From Andalucia godoyi And28 (lineage: Eukaryota > Protista > Jakobida): 64,000 nt of DNA. Numbering within the stretch: position 1 is the first letter of the stretch; each line of letters starts with the position of its first letter. The translations under genes and the position numbers were made by a program. The stretch spans positions 269,351 to 333,350 of the forward strand of contig VRVR01000014.1 in the NCBI GenBank assembly GCA_009859145.1. The letters run 5' to 3'. The notes under the pieces are model-generated. The model saw only the letters and a program-made list of their open reading frames with translations, searched no databases and was not told where the DNA came from. Shown here in pieces: positions 34,065-45,143 of the stretch.

Positions 34065-34892
34065 CTAGAGTTTGGAGCGTTGGGTAAACTGCAGGGCGCC
34101 GTGGATGCCTTCGGAGTGGACGATTGGGGCCGACGCGGTGATTTCGCGGACGAGGGCTTCGTGTTCAGGGAGGTGGAATGCGAGCTGTATGGCGTTCTGC
34201 CTGTCGCGTCTCATGCAGAGCTGAGGCATGGCTGCGATGTCGCGGGCGATGCGCAGGGCCTCGGCGAGGGGGTCGTTGGCGATGCGGTTGACAAGGCCGA
34301 TAGCGAGGGCTTCTTGTGCCGAGACTGGGCGGCCTGTGAGGATGAGATCTAGTGCGCGACTCAGCCCGAGGAGCCGCGGGAGGCGGATGGTGCCGCCGTC
34401 GATCAGTGGGACGCCCTTTGAGCGACAGTAGACGCCAAACACAGCGGCTGGCGAGCACACGCGTAGATCGCACCAGCACGCAAGCTCCAGGCCGCCGGCC
34501 ACCGCATGGCCCTCGATCGCTGCAATCACTGGCTTCGACAGCTCGAGCCGCGACGGGCCCATCGGTGCGTATCGCGTGTCGTCGTACGGCGGTTGAAGGT
34601 CGTTGATGGCGACAGACGGATCACAGGCTGTCGATGCAAGCGCCTTCAGGTCCGCACCCGCACAAAATGTCTGGCCGGCGCCATGCAGAATCGCAACACA
34701 GGACTTTTCGTCCCGCTCGAACGACTGGAAGGCATCCGACAGCAGCCGCGCCGTCCTCCGGTCCACTGCGTTCTTCCGCTCCACACGGTCAATGGTAACC
34801 ACCCATACTTTTCCAGCTTCGTGAACAGACACAGACACTGACACCGGCTCTTCATTGCGTGTCGAGGGTGCCATTGGAGCCATCCCAAGCAC
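34065..34892 (-). CDS. Enoyl-CoA hydratase/isomerase (crotonase)
   Basis: FCAGADLK, KPVIAAIEGHAVAGGLELACWCDLRV, GVPLIDGGTIRLPRLLG, ALAIGLVNR. Exact start uncertain. Confidence 0.92.
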   Translation of the reverse strand: MLGMAPMAPSTRNEEPVSVSVSVHEAGKVWVVTIDRVERKNAVDRRTARLLSDAFQSFERDEKSCVAILHGAGQTFCAGADLKALASTACDPSVAINDLQPPYDDTRYAPMGPSRLELSKPVIAAIEGHAVAGGLELACWCDLRVCSPAAVFGVYCRSKGVPLIDGGTIRLPRLLGLSRALDLILTGRPVSAQEALAIGLVNRIANDPLAEALRIARDIAAMPQLCMRRDRQNAIQLAFHLPEHEALVREITASAPIVHSEGIHGALQFTQRSKL

Positions 34893-35152
34893 ACCGTGTT
34901 GCTTTCTTTTTTTTTTTGTAAGGTTTGCTTTCGGACACGCTTGCTTTTATTCTATTTAATAATAATAAAATAATCATGTAAATTCACCCAAAACAACGGA
35001 AGCTGTTCAAGCAGTTTGGGGCAGCTGACGCGCATGTAAGTGTCGCTGAGCGCCAGAGTGGAAGGTTGCATGTGCAAGCTGATCCACTGGATCTTCTTGC
35101 ACGGCATACAGCGGATTACAACGCAAGCTTTGCAGACGGCAGCGACAGCGAA

Positions 35153-35463
35153 CGCCTACATTATACCCTGAACATGCATATCTACGAATAGACGTGCATA
35201 TTCAGTCTTGCATCCCGTTGGCTGGAAGGGGATAGGCCCCAACACACCTCACGGCGCTCTTCAGATAGATGTTCCACGCTCCGTTCCCACTCTCGATCAA
35301 TCTGCGAGCTACACGCGGGACACGCAAACATTTTGCTTCCGCCGCTCGCGATGCTCGGTCGCCTTATGGAACAAACGTTGCAAAAAGTGAAACCATAAAA
35401 CCAAACCAACGAATGATAGAATAGATGGCTACGGATGCTGCCTTAAAGAGTGTCGAAAATGCG
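35153..35463 (-). mobile_element. Non-autonomous Fanzor2/TnpB-derived element, copy A (311 bp)
   Basis: Left end shared with copy B (35463-35408). Zn-finger/RuvC-III remnant FCNVCS...GGSKMFACPACSSQIDREW[+1]NGAWNIYLK. Shared structured right end; CG at both boundaries. Confidence 0.85.
35168..35205 (-). ncRNA. Putative omegaRNA scaffold hairpin, copy A
   Basis: CTGAATATGCACGTCTA-TTCG-TAGATATGCATGTTCAG: 17-bp stem (one mismatch, two G-U) with a UUCG loop. Confidence 0.55.
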
Positions 35464-35699
35464 AAGCCTGTGCCACAGGCTGAATTTTGGCCGAGCGTGC
35501 GAAAGCACGGATTCCTGTGAAACAAGCGTGCCAGTGTCGGCCAGTATTGACCGTGTCTGTTTATGGATGCTTCCGAATGCATGACAATGACGTGTTGTTA
35601 TTCAGCGGTAAGATACGCCGTTCTTTTTTAATATACAAAGACAGAAGCAGCAGCATAAGAAGAGTAGAAAGAAGACGAAGAAGACGAAGACGAGTTACC

Positions 35700-38600
35700 C
35701 TAGCTTCGGTATCGAGAAGATCGACCTCGATAATCGGAACGGTAGTCTCTTCGGTCGTCTCTCCGATCTTCGTTTCGTTCATTCCGGCGATCCTCCTTTC
35801 GCTCCTCTGATACTCGATCACTTCCACGGTGATCATCCTTCCGGTCGTCCTTGCGGTCGTCTTTGCGGTCATCCTTGCGGTCATCCTTGCGGCCGTCCTT
35901 GCGGTCATCTTTCCGGTCGTCCTTGCGGTCATCTTTCCGGTCATCTTTCCGGTCGTCTTTGCGGTCATCCTTGCGGCCATCCTTGCGGTCATCTTTCCGG
36001 TCGTCCTTGCGGTCGTCCTTGCGGTCATCCTTGCGGTCGTCCTTGCGGTCATCCTTGCGGTCGTCCTTGCTGCGATCATCTCGGCGGTCATCTCGGCGGT
36101 CATCCCTGCCACGATCACTGCGTCGCTCTCGCTCTCGCTCAGTTTCGCGCTCGGCCTCTCGGGGTCTTTCAGGTTCACGGTAATCGGTTCGTCGTCGTTT
36201 GGCAGCTCGATCCCCTGCATCATCTCGATCACGTTTTCGCGATGCAGTATCGTCTCCACCGGCTTCACGACTGTCTGTTTCACGTCGATCACGATCACCA
36301 CTACGGTCACGATCACGGTCGCGAAAAGACGACTCGGTTGAACGATGGTTACGTATAGATCGCTTTTCCGCATCCGAACCAGCCGCAGAAACAACAGGAA
36401 CGGGAGCAGGAACAGGAGTGGGAGCGGGAGCGGGAGCAGGAAGGAGCAGGAGCGGCACCCGTAGCCGAAGCTCGTGTGGACGAGATGGAGGATGAATGCA
36501 CAGGCTGGTCAAACTGATGGCTCTTGGGAGTTTCCAAGGAGACACCCAGGAGCTGCAAACAGCGTTCTGCTGCGAGTTGGATATCTCGAGAATATGCGCC
36601 CTTGGAGGCGTCGTGACAGCAATGCCGAACCGCAGCATTCAGCTCGCCAAACACGGACCCACAGTGTACCCAGACAATGTTGGGAGGGAGGGCTGAAGAA
36701 CTTTTCAGCACTCCTGAAGCCAGTGGTTTCGTTCGGTCGCGATGGATGGTCGTCTGAACGTCCCGAACCGCTTCGGCAAGGCCTGCAAGCACATGCGTCG
36801 CGGCGCGCACTCGAGGCCATCCTGCAGAAGAGTGCAAGAAAGGGACCAATACTGCTGCAATGCGAGAAACTGCGAGAACTCCAAGCAGAAAGTTCGAAAC
36901 TCCGCAATGGGGGCTTGCATTCTCGGAGAGCTGCTCCTCTTCCTCTTCCAGAAGAGCAAACACGTCGTCATGCGACTGCGATGCCATATCTTGCCAGTCA
37001 TCTCGGCCGAAAGCACACAAAAAGGCCTGCGTCTCCCATCGGCCACCAAAGATGCCGCGAACAAACTCGCCAGCAAACCAAGAAAGAGCACGCGCCTCGT
37101 CAGGAACGGCAACTTGAATACCGGCGCCCACTACATAATGAGCTACCGGCTCAATCATATTTCGCAAAACACGCAACAGGGAAGACTTTTCCCAAGAAGA
37201 CTCCCGCCATCCAGCGAGCAAGAAGCGGGCCGAAAACACTGCGTCTGCAACCGAAAAGAGGGCACGAAGAAGGATGTGCCTTCCGTAAAACTGAGGTTTA
37301 AGTACCATGCCATTATGCACCGAGAAGAACGAACCGAGCATCGAGTATCGTGTGCGGATACGAATCGTGTCCATCGCAACAGTCTTCCCCATTCCAGCAA
37401 GAAACGAATGGGACGTGGCCCCATCCGAAAGCACAACATCGGATGTCTTGAAGCGCCAAAAAACACGAATGATTTCCGCAAGAGACGCATCAACACCAAG
37501 AACCTCTGCATCCGCATCGGCAATCTCCGTGGATGTCCAACTGGCAACAAGATCGGCATTCTTGTCTTCCAGGCGACCCGACAGGCGAACCTGTTCCATT
37601 GCAGCGCATATGACAAGCACAAGTGAATTCGCCAGTGCATTCAGTCCATTCAGGGAGACTGTCGATGCTGATTCAGACGACTGTACTATCGCAACCTGGT
37701 GCTTGGCAACCAGCTGGGAATCCAGGGACGGTGAAATGGCTCCGAATGCCTTCTCCGTCATGGCACTTGAAAATGCTTCACGGATGGATTCCATGGTGGA
37801 AGCATTTTCATTGAGCGCGTAGATAGGAGCTATGGACGTCAGCAAGAATGGTCCAAACCTCACCCACTCTTCCACAGTCATGTAGAACGTCAAAAAATCA
37901 ACCAATACGTGAATTCCCGAGCGAAGCTCGTCAATCTTGAGACACACACTATGGGCAAGAGAGGAGCCACCGCGATCCAAAAGAGAGGTGATGTGTGCAC
38001 GATAGCTGAAGATCCACTCGGAGAGAATGCGAAATCCAACACCTTTTGTCCACTGCTGCACCAGAATATTTTCCGCTGTTGTGGAATCCACATTTTCACG
38101 AGGACCTGCATTGGCGGCACCAGCAGCAGCCGCCGCCGTCACCGCCTCGGCGGACTCCTCAGCGATGCCGTTCTCCGTTTCCGTATTCTTAGTATCGCCA
38201 TCCCCACCTTCTTCTCCATTTCCCGCCATTTCTGCATCCTTCGCTGCCTCATTTCCCTCTTCTACTATGGCCTCTGCTTCTGCGTCGACTTCTGCGTTCT
38301 CATTCTCCTCATCTTGTCCGTCATCATCCTGATCCTGATCATCGTCTTCAGCTTGCGCGCCAGCCCCAGAATCGTCGTCAACGTCGACTGTTCGAGACTT
38401 CCGCGACGAAAATGCTGAAGACAACGATAACTTGCCAACCGAAGAAGAAACGATCTGCGCTCGGTGGTCCGCATACGCCTGGACTCGATTGAGAGTCTCC
38501 ACATGTTCCAGATGCGCCAGCATCCGGATACACGCGGTAATCAACGGCACTTGTTTCGCCGCATCCGATCTCCAAACTTGATGCAAGGTCACGTCAGGTC

Positions 38601-40431
38601 GTTGCTGAACCAGACAAGCAACAAACAGAGAGGCATTGCGTCGGCGATCGTCATCCTTTTGGCTGCCACTGGACGCTGGACTCCACAGAGGATCATGAGC
38701 AACCAGGTGGTCCATCATCGAAACTACATATGATGGCAGGTACCGAAACAGAATGGGCATGGTTTGAGCAAGCGTTTCACCGTACGCACAAGCATGCGTC
38801 CAGACAGCTTGACAGAACGAACCGGGATGCGCGACCGCAATGCCAGTGGTCCACACTTTTCGAGCCACCGACAAGGCATCAGGCACAGTCAAAGTCTTCA
38901 GCATTTTCCGGATCTTCGAATGCGCAGACGCCAGCATGAACGGAACCATGGGAAACGAAACAAACAGCTTGTGATAGACAGACAGAAGAGTATCCGTCGT
39001 TGTGTCTCGCGAGGCAATTGCAGACATCAGTATTTTAGGATTGCTGGAGACGACCAGCGCGGCGCTGGACAAGCCAAGAAGCCATTCCACTGTTTTGCCG
39101 TCGACTGCCTTCACCGACTCGTGCAGAACTGGAGACGCACCGTCGAACAAGGGTCGCAGAACCACGGGGAGATTTGAAATTCTCGTCGAGACCATCTCTG
39201 GATGGAAAGATGCAGCGACTTTCCAAACAGGATGCATCAGCAACCGCGAAACGATGAGCAGAAATCTCTTTTCGTCCGCATCGTCTTCCCACGAAAGCGT
39301 ATTCATCGACTTCATCGCGGGTAACGCATGATGGATCAAAGCAAACAGTACTCTTAGCTGACGATCAACGGAAGAGTCTTCCAAAGCGAAAGCGTTCCGG
39401 ATAGATGCAGCAACACTCTCCAAACCCTGCGGTGCTGGATTCTCCATGAAAAGCGCTACGGAACGATCGAGCACCAAAGCAGCGCGATCGTCTGTCCATT
39501 CTAGCCAGCTTGGCATCGCCTGCTTCTGCCCTTCGCTGGCCTCCAAGACAACAGGAATGCACCCGGAGATCAGACCCAGGGCAATCTGATCTGCGGAAAC
39601 GGGCTTTCCACTGATCAACAACGCGCTGTGAGCGCACTCCAAAGCAAATGACGGTGCATACGTTTGCAGAGACCAAGCGCTGACACACTGCACAAACAAG
39701 TTACATCGCAGCAGGACATTTTCCATTACTGCAAAGGGAACTCGGTATTTTGACATCCATTCGAGGAGAATAGAGCAAACCACGTGTACATCACCGTGTA
39801 TTCCTCCTTTTTTCAAAGTTGCACTTGCCAGAGAAAGCGCCACAGCGTTCGAAAGCGACGCAAACCCTCCTCGTGGTAGCGACAAGATGGACTTACTTCG
39901 CAGAGCCGCAAATCGACTGGTGCTCTTCGCGATTAGCTCGGACGCTGTTCGAAGTCTGTCCATCAGCACTGCTGCAACTTGGTGGTCGGATCCCAGCAAC
40001 AAATGGCTGGCCTTCACAAAGTCCATTAGCATGACAAGCAGCAGCTTGTGTGTCGCATTCTGTTCGGAAGACTGTGTCAGAAACGACGTCAATATGGGCG
40101 AAATCGATCGGATCGCCGCAATCGCAGTCGAAGCAGGGACAAATGAAAGGAAGCTGTCCAGCGACTGGTCCGCCCGGCTCGCGTCCAGCTGCACAGTCGC
40201 CAAGATCACAAAGGACAAGATGACGGACATGCTTGGAGTCTGTGAAGCTACGGGAGAAATAGGAATCAGACTCGCAAGCAGTGAAAACAGCGACTTCGAA
40301 GGCTGAAGCACTTGACGCAAGGAGACCACATCGGCATCGGTCGCAACTGCGGTGCTTGAAAACAACGACTGCAGCAATGCCGCTTGCGCCTTGAAGCTTA
40401 TCACGCTCTCCACACTCGCCGTCTCACGCAT
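35700..40431 (-). CDS. THOC2: THO complex subunit 2 with an RD-rich tail; apparent +1 frameshift near 36441
   Basis: AHPGSF...AYG..LAQTMPILFRYL, NASLFVACLVQQRP and ALFSVADAVFSARFL match recalled THOC2 blocks. ORF 40431-36442 (1330 codons) joins the RD-rich frame 36440-35700 if one base is removed. Confidence 0.75.
35832..36102 (-). repeat. 12-bp coding tandem repeat (DDRK/DDRR)n
   Basis: GATGACCGCAAG / GACGACCGGAAA variants in tandem, about 20 units. Confidence 0.9.
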
Positions 40432-40630
40432 GAAAATTACTGAAAAACAAAATTAATACATATATATGTAATATAACCAAAAACAAAAGAAAAAAAAAAA
40501 AGAAAAGGACGAAGAGTAATAATGGGACGAGCCTTTCCTTTCTGTGTTATGCTTTATTGTGCATTTGAGGGATGCGAGAAAGCCTCAAGTAGGCAAAGAG
40601 GGGGAGTGAAAGAGGATCTACGGTGGATGG

Positions 40631-43600
40631 TTACGACAGTCCCGAGAGGGATTGAAGAGCGTCACGGAGGGCACTCACGGCGTCATGGGGCAGGGCGAGG
40701 TCCGAGTCGTTCATACAAAACTCGCATGCATGCACAAAGCGATGGACGTGAACTGCCCGGACATGGTCGTGTTGCAACACCGCCAAGCAGTAATCACCAC
40801 CGACGGCGTTCTTTTGTCGAATGACGAACTTTAGGTCCTGGTTGATTTGCCTGAACTTCTCATCGTGCCGAAACAGACGCTCCAGAACAGCAGTCACAAA
40901 ATCCTGATAGTCTCGTGCAGCAGAACAGAACCGGCGCAGCGATCCCGTGTACACGTCTTTCATCAATGCACCGGTAGTGCTCTCCGACTGTGATTCTTGC
41001 GGAGGAGGGACGGGTCGGGACCGCTTCGCCATCGGCATGTCGAAAGTGTCGTTCGGATCTTCTAAGAAGAAGAAGAACGCATTTCGTTCCTTCACAAATC
41101 GCTCTCTCCCCCTTTTCACACAGACTGAATCTCGTCTCATGGACGGCGAGTCGCAGTCGACAAAGGTCTGTGCATTGGCCATGAAGCCTACGCGGGTGCA
41201 GCACTGTTTTGACAGCGGATCCTGTTGCAAAAACTCGGAAAATAGGCGCAAAAAGTCACAAGGAGCACTGTTCCTGGGAGCAGTGCACTGGAATTCGAAA
41301 CGCTGAACATCCGTATCAAACGCCCACAACAACTGAATGGTACACTCTTCGCGACACCGATCTCCCTCGCCAAAGACGGTGACCCTCGTTCCAGTGATTG
41401 GATCGGAATCCTTGGATTTCAAAATCCAAAAAGGTGTCTGTGGATGTCGAGCGAGAAAGCTGATGAATCTCCAGAAGTGATTTGGAGTAAGTACTGCATC
41501 CTGCAATTCCACAGTCGCCGACTTGCTTTGGACGATGCCGACACAGCGAACACAGAATGTCCACTCTACGAACTCGGTCGATACGCTTGACGATTCCCAA
41601 AAATCCTCGAATAAGGAAGTCGGATAGCAATGCTCGCGATGTTGTTTGGGCTTGGGCCTTGCACTTTCCACGGACCACTGCGGAAAGAAGAACCTATCCC
41701 CAGGAACAGAGTCGCTGCGCACAGGAACAAGAATCCCAAATGATTCTAAAATGTTAAATACACGGTCGATATCATCCTCAACTTGCTTCTGCTGGGCCGG
41801 GGATTTAGAGGACCACGCTGTATCCGAGGCCGACAGCTGAAGATGCCACCACAGGCGCAGCATGTTCTTCGCACGACATGCGAGCATAATGCCATGGTTC
41901 TGCCACAGCGACGCCTCGCTACGAAGCCGCGCAACTTCATTAACCACTTCCCTGGACATGTTCGAAAAGTCAGCAGCCACAAAATGCGCACAGGCACGAA
42001 CGAAGGCGTCAGGTCGGATGACAATGACGGATTTGTCTCCGGGGAGAGCAAAGAAGGAACCCAAAGAAACAAGTTCGTCAAACGACTCTCGTGCTTCCGT
42101 TGTATCCTTACAAAACATGCTGAGACCCGGAAACCTTGTGAAAATATCGGACGACAGGACTGTCATCAAACCTCGTTCGTGCTGCACCACAGATTCGACT
42201 AGCAAGTTCTTAAGCCGTATCTTTGGCAGCTTTTTTTGAAAATCTTGAATACAGCCCAGCAAGCATTTGGCAAACGTTGTGTTGTCCGACAGTTTGTGAT
42301 TGCACCGTTCCGCCGGGTTGTTTTCCACCATCAGAAACGAATAAGTCGGAGAGCCAACGGACGTTGCCAGCCGCGGCACATCGATAAAGTTGAACTGCAG
42401 CCGCGCAATGTGCTCCAGCAAGATATCCTCCAGCTCTTTCAAAAAGGACGACGCGTCGCAAACCTCACTGTTGGCGTGCGTGCCGATGAGCAAAACAGTT
42501 GACAGGCACTCCTGTCGTCCGTCGGAGATCTTGGACGATGTGGCGGCTACTGTGGGGGTGTGAACGTTAATTGCGTGTACTGCTTCGATTTGCTTCAGCC
42601 ACGAGAGAATCTGTCTGTCGACTGCCGCAGAGAGGGTCCTCTGCTTCCAGGCATCGTGCAAGGACTGGAGATTGAAGACACACAAGTACATGCACTGCTT
42701 GCCAAAAAACAGCGGATCAAACGCTCGAAACACGTTTTGTCCAGCGAAATCGAACACAGACAAAGACACGGTCTCATTCAGCAGTTCTGCCAAGGCAGAC
42801 TCGACGATGCTGACTGGCTCCGAGTGAGTCACCATCGATGGCCCCGCAGCATATTCTCTGAACGAGCTTTTTTGTGAATCAGGATCTTGCTCGGCAGTCG
42901 ACGAAAAGATGGGAGAAGGCTTCGGGGCACGCCTCTTTTGCATGTCTTCCACCAGGGCCACCGGATCGTCGCCAGTCATCAAGGAGAACGTCTCGTGATG
43001 CGCATAACTGTGGTTCCTCGGGATGGCCAGTGCGGCACGGGAGGCCACTCCATTGGCACTCATTCCACCGTCACCGTCGCTGCAGTCGTTCGAGCCAGTC
43101 TGCTGGTCGTTTTCAGCCCGTGAAGCGTCCAAACTTTCTTGCAAGACTTTCTGATCTGCAAACTGTCTTCGCACAATCTTGGAAATCAAAGGCTCGCGTG
43201 AGTGAATCGGATTCCAAAATGGAGACTCGCTCTTGAGAGACACGTCTACTACGATAATATCGCCCACTTCGGTTCTCGAGATTGTCAAGAGAAAGTCGCT
43301 ACCTCCAGAAGAAAGATTCCGAATGAGACTGGATTTGCCAGCCTCGCTTTCACCCACGACCAGCACGCGAAACCGCGACGGTCTGCACACTGTCTTCCTG
43401 TCAATATCCAGCTTCTCTATGGTTAGTGGCATATCCGCGTGAACGACTGGAAATCCGATCGGTCTAGCGAAATTCAGAGTCTTCCAAAAATTTGCGTTTG
43501 AGTGCTGTCGAATGCCAGGCTCGACAGCCAATTGAACCTCGCGGTTTCCAACGAAAAACCTTGCCTTTTGAATTGTCAGATCGAAATCAGGTCCAATGGG

Positions 43601-44800
43601 GTGCTCATGAAGCCGCCTGGATTTTGAGGACGTTACCGGAAAAGCTCTGCAGTCGAGTCGAACGGAGCACACCGCAGGCGGAACAACATCGACGACATCC
43701 ACATCCGGTCGATTTTGCGACCCGCCGATTCCATAAATTCTGTTTTCGTAAGCAACGCATCCAAAGTCCTTTCGACTCTCAAAGTTCTTATCGTCAAGGA
43801 ACGGTACGTCAACGGTCCGCCAGGCATCGACTCGCGGCTCATAGATTTCAAACCACGAATCTCGAGCAGTTCCACCGACGCAGTAGATGAGATCCTGTAC
43901 AACCACGGCGGAGTGCCGCATATTTGGCTGATTCAACGGACAACACTTGGCCCACCTCCGCGTTCGAACATCCCACCTCTCCACGGACGCCAGTGGAGAC
44001 GATCCACTCCCAGACGCCCCGCCAATCGCATAAATCGAATCGAGAGAGTCGATCGCAACTGCAGCGAAATGTTCTCTGGGTTCCAGCATGGATGGGCATT
44101 CCTGTCGCGATCGAGACGATGGCAATATCAGGCACTCCACAGAGGAATCTGCCGAATCCAGCTCCAGATGTGTTCGTCCGCCAAGCACAAGCAAATGGTC
44201 CATTCGCTTGAGCACGACGGTGGAGTGACCAGCTCGCGGAGAAATTGGCGAAGAGAAGCGGATGGGACGCAACATATTTCCAGAACTCATGTTTCCTGGT
44301 TGGAAGTCCTGCAGGAACGACCATGCCTCCACGATTGGCGTAAGCGACGGCGCAGAATCCGGAAGCGAAACGATTCCACCGCAGCACACAATCTGGTTCC
44401 TGAACATGGTGACCGAGTGGTCATACCTGGGAAGAGTGGACGAGGGATCGCTTGGCACGACGACTTTCCACCACTGCGGGTGTGACTTACCGACCTGCAG
44501 GCATTCAATGCTCGAAATCGTCCGGCCTTTCGCTTTGCCACCGACCACGAAAACATTGCCTACGTCATCCACGGCGGCACCAAAGTTGGAGCGGCCATAA
44601 TTTAAAGACGGACCGATTCGAATCCTTCCGTACTCTGCACCCTGAACGCTATCCCACTCCGTGGCGATGCGGTCCGTACCAAATGACATGACTTCTGTCG
44701 CATGCAGCCGGGACCCGGCAAAAGCAAAAGACAAACACAGCAACGAAAATGTCGATCGTCGACGTTGCCAATGCACTTGTCTTTTTGATGTCTGTTGCAC
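40631..44800 (-). CDS. Roco-type protein: Kelch repeats + Roc GTPase + COR, no kinase
   Basis: Kelch repeats (FGAAV...VFVVGG; IYAIGG...VERWD; IYCVGG; IYGIGG). P-loop VVGESEAGKSSL, G3 SVFDFAGQ, G4 IGTHAN, then a COR-like region. Start could be 44689 or an upstream exon. Confidence 0.8.
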   Translation of the reverse strand: MQQTSKRQVHWQRRRSTFSLLCLSFAFAGSRLHATEVMSFGTDRIATEWDSVQGAEYGRIRIGPSLNYGRSNFGAAVDDVGNVFVVGGKAKGRTISSIECLQVGKSHPQWWKVVVPSDPSSTLPRYDHSVTMFRNQIVCCGGIVSLPDSAPSLTPIVEAWSFLQDFQPGNMSSGNMLRPIRFSSPISPRAGHSTVVLKRMDHLLVLGGRTHLELDSADSSVECLILPSSRSRQECPSMLEPREHFAAVAIDSLDSIYAIGGASGSGSSPLASVERWDVRTRRWAKCCPLNQPNMRHSAVVVQDLIYCVGGTARDSWFEIYEPRVDAWRTVDVPFLDDKNFESRKDFGCVAYENRIYGIGGSQNRPDVDVVDVVPPAVCSVRLDCRAFPVTSSKSRRLHEHPIGPDFDLTIQKARFFVGNREVQLAVEPGIRQHSNANFWKTLNFARPIGFPVVHADMPLTIEKLDIDRKTVCRPSRFRVLVVGESEAGKSSLIRNLSSGGSDFLLTISRTEVGDIIVVDVSLKSESPFWNPIHSREPLISKIVRRQFADQKVLQESLDASRAENDQQTGSNDCSDGDGGMSANGVASRAALAIPRNHSYAHHETFSLMTGDDPVALVEDMQKRRAPKPSPIFSSTAEQDPDSQKSSFREYAAGPSMVTHSEPVSIVESALAELLNETVSLSVFDFAGQNVFRAFDPLFFGKQCMYLCVFNLQSLHDAWKQRTLSAAVDRQILSWLKQIEAVHAINVHTPTVAATSSKISDGRQECLSTVLLIGTHANSEVCDASSFLKELEDILLEHIARLQFNFIDVPRLATSVGSPTYSFLMVENNPAERCNHKLSDNTTFAKCLLGCIQDFQKKLPKIRLKNLLVESVVQHERGLMTVLSSDIFTRFPGLSMFCKDTTEARESFDELVSLGSFFALPGDKSVIVIRPDAFVRACAHFVAADFSNMSREVVNEVARLRSEASLWQNHGIMLACRAKNMLRLWWHLQLSASDTAWSSKSPAQQKQVEDDIDRVFNILESFGILVPVRSDSVPGDRFFFPQWSVESARPKPKQHREHCYPTSLFEDFWESSSVSTEFVEWTFCVRCVGIVQSKSATVELQDAVLTPNHFWRFISFLARHPQTPFWILKSKDSDPITGTRVTVFGEGDRCREECTIQLLWAFDTDVQRFEFQCTAPRNSAPCDFLRLFSEFLQQDPLSKQCCTRVGFMANAQTFVDCDSPSMRRDSVCVKRGRERFVKERNAFFFFLEDPNDTFDMPMAKRSRPVPPPQESQSESTTGALMKDVYTGSLRRFCSAARDYQDFVTAVLERLFRHDEKFRQINQDLKFVIRQKNAVGGDYCLAVLQHDHVRAVHVHRFVHACEFCMNDSDLALPHDAVSALRDALQSLSGLS

Positions 44801-45143
44801 CTAATGTGTGTGCAGCCGGAGTCCTGTGTTTTCGTTTTGCGGGAGAGATTTAAAATAATAATAAAAGAGCATCCGAACGAAGCAAAAGGCTTGGAGACGG
44901 GTTATTTCGCAGTCGTGTGTGTGCTGCTGCTCTTGCAAATTGCTCCCACGCGCGTCTCCACCCATCACGGTATCTGTTATTATTATTATTATTATTATAT
45001 TTTTTTTTTGGCGCGCAAAACGACTGGAGAGAGCGGGGCGGAAAGCGCCGTGAAACCCGTAATGAGGGAACAACGTTCCTTGTCAGTTCAGATTCTTTAC
45101 ACTACGTAAATCAAAAAACGCAAAAGGAGAGCGCATCTCGGCA

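Noticed and set aside
32640-34900. Locally higher GC over ARV1, LYRM7 and the crotonase as a possible horizontally acquired island
   Set aside because: ARV1 and LYRM7 are native eukaryotic genes, and no mobile-element boundaries are visible.
35832-36102. 12-bp tandem array considered as a CRISPR-like array
   Set aside because: No unique spacers; it is an in-frame coding DDRK repeat.
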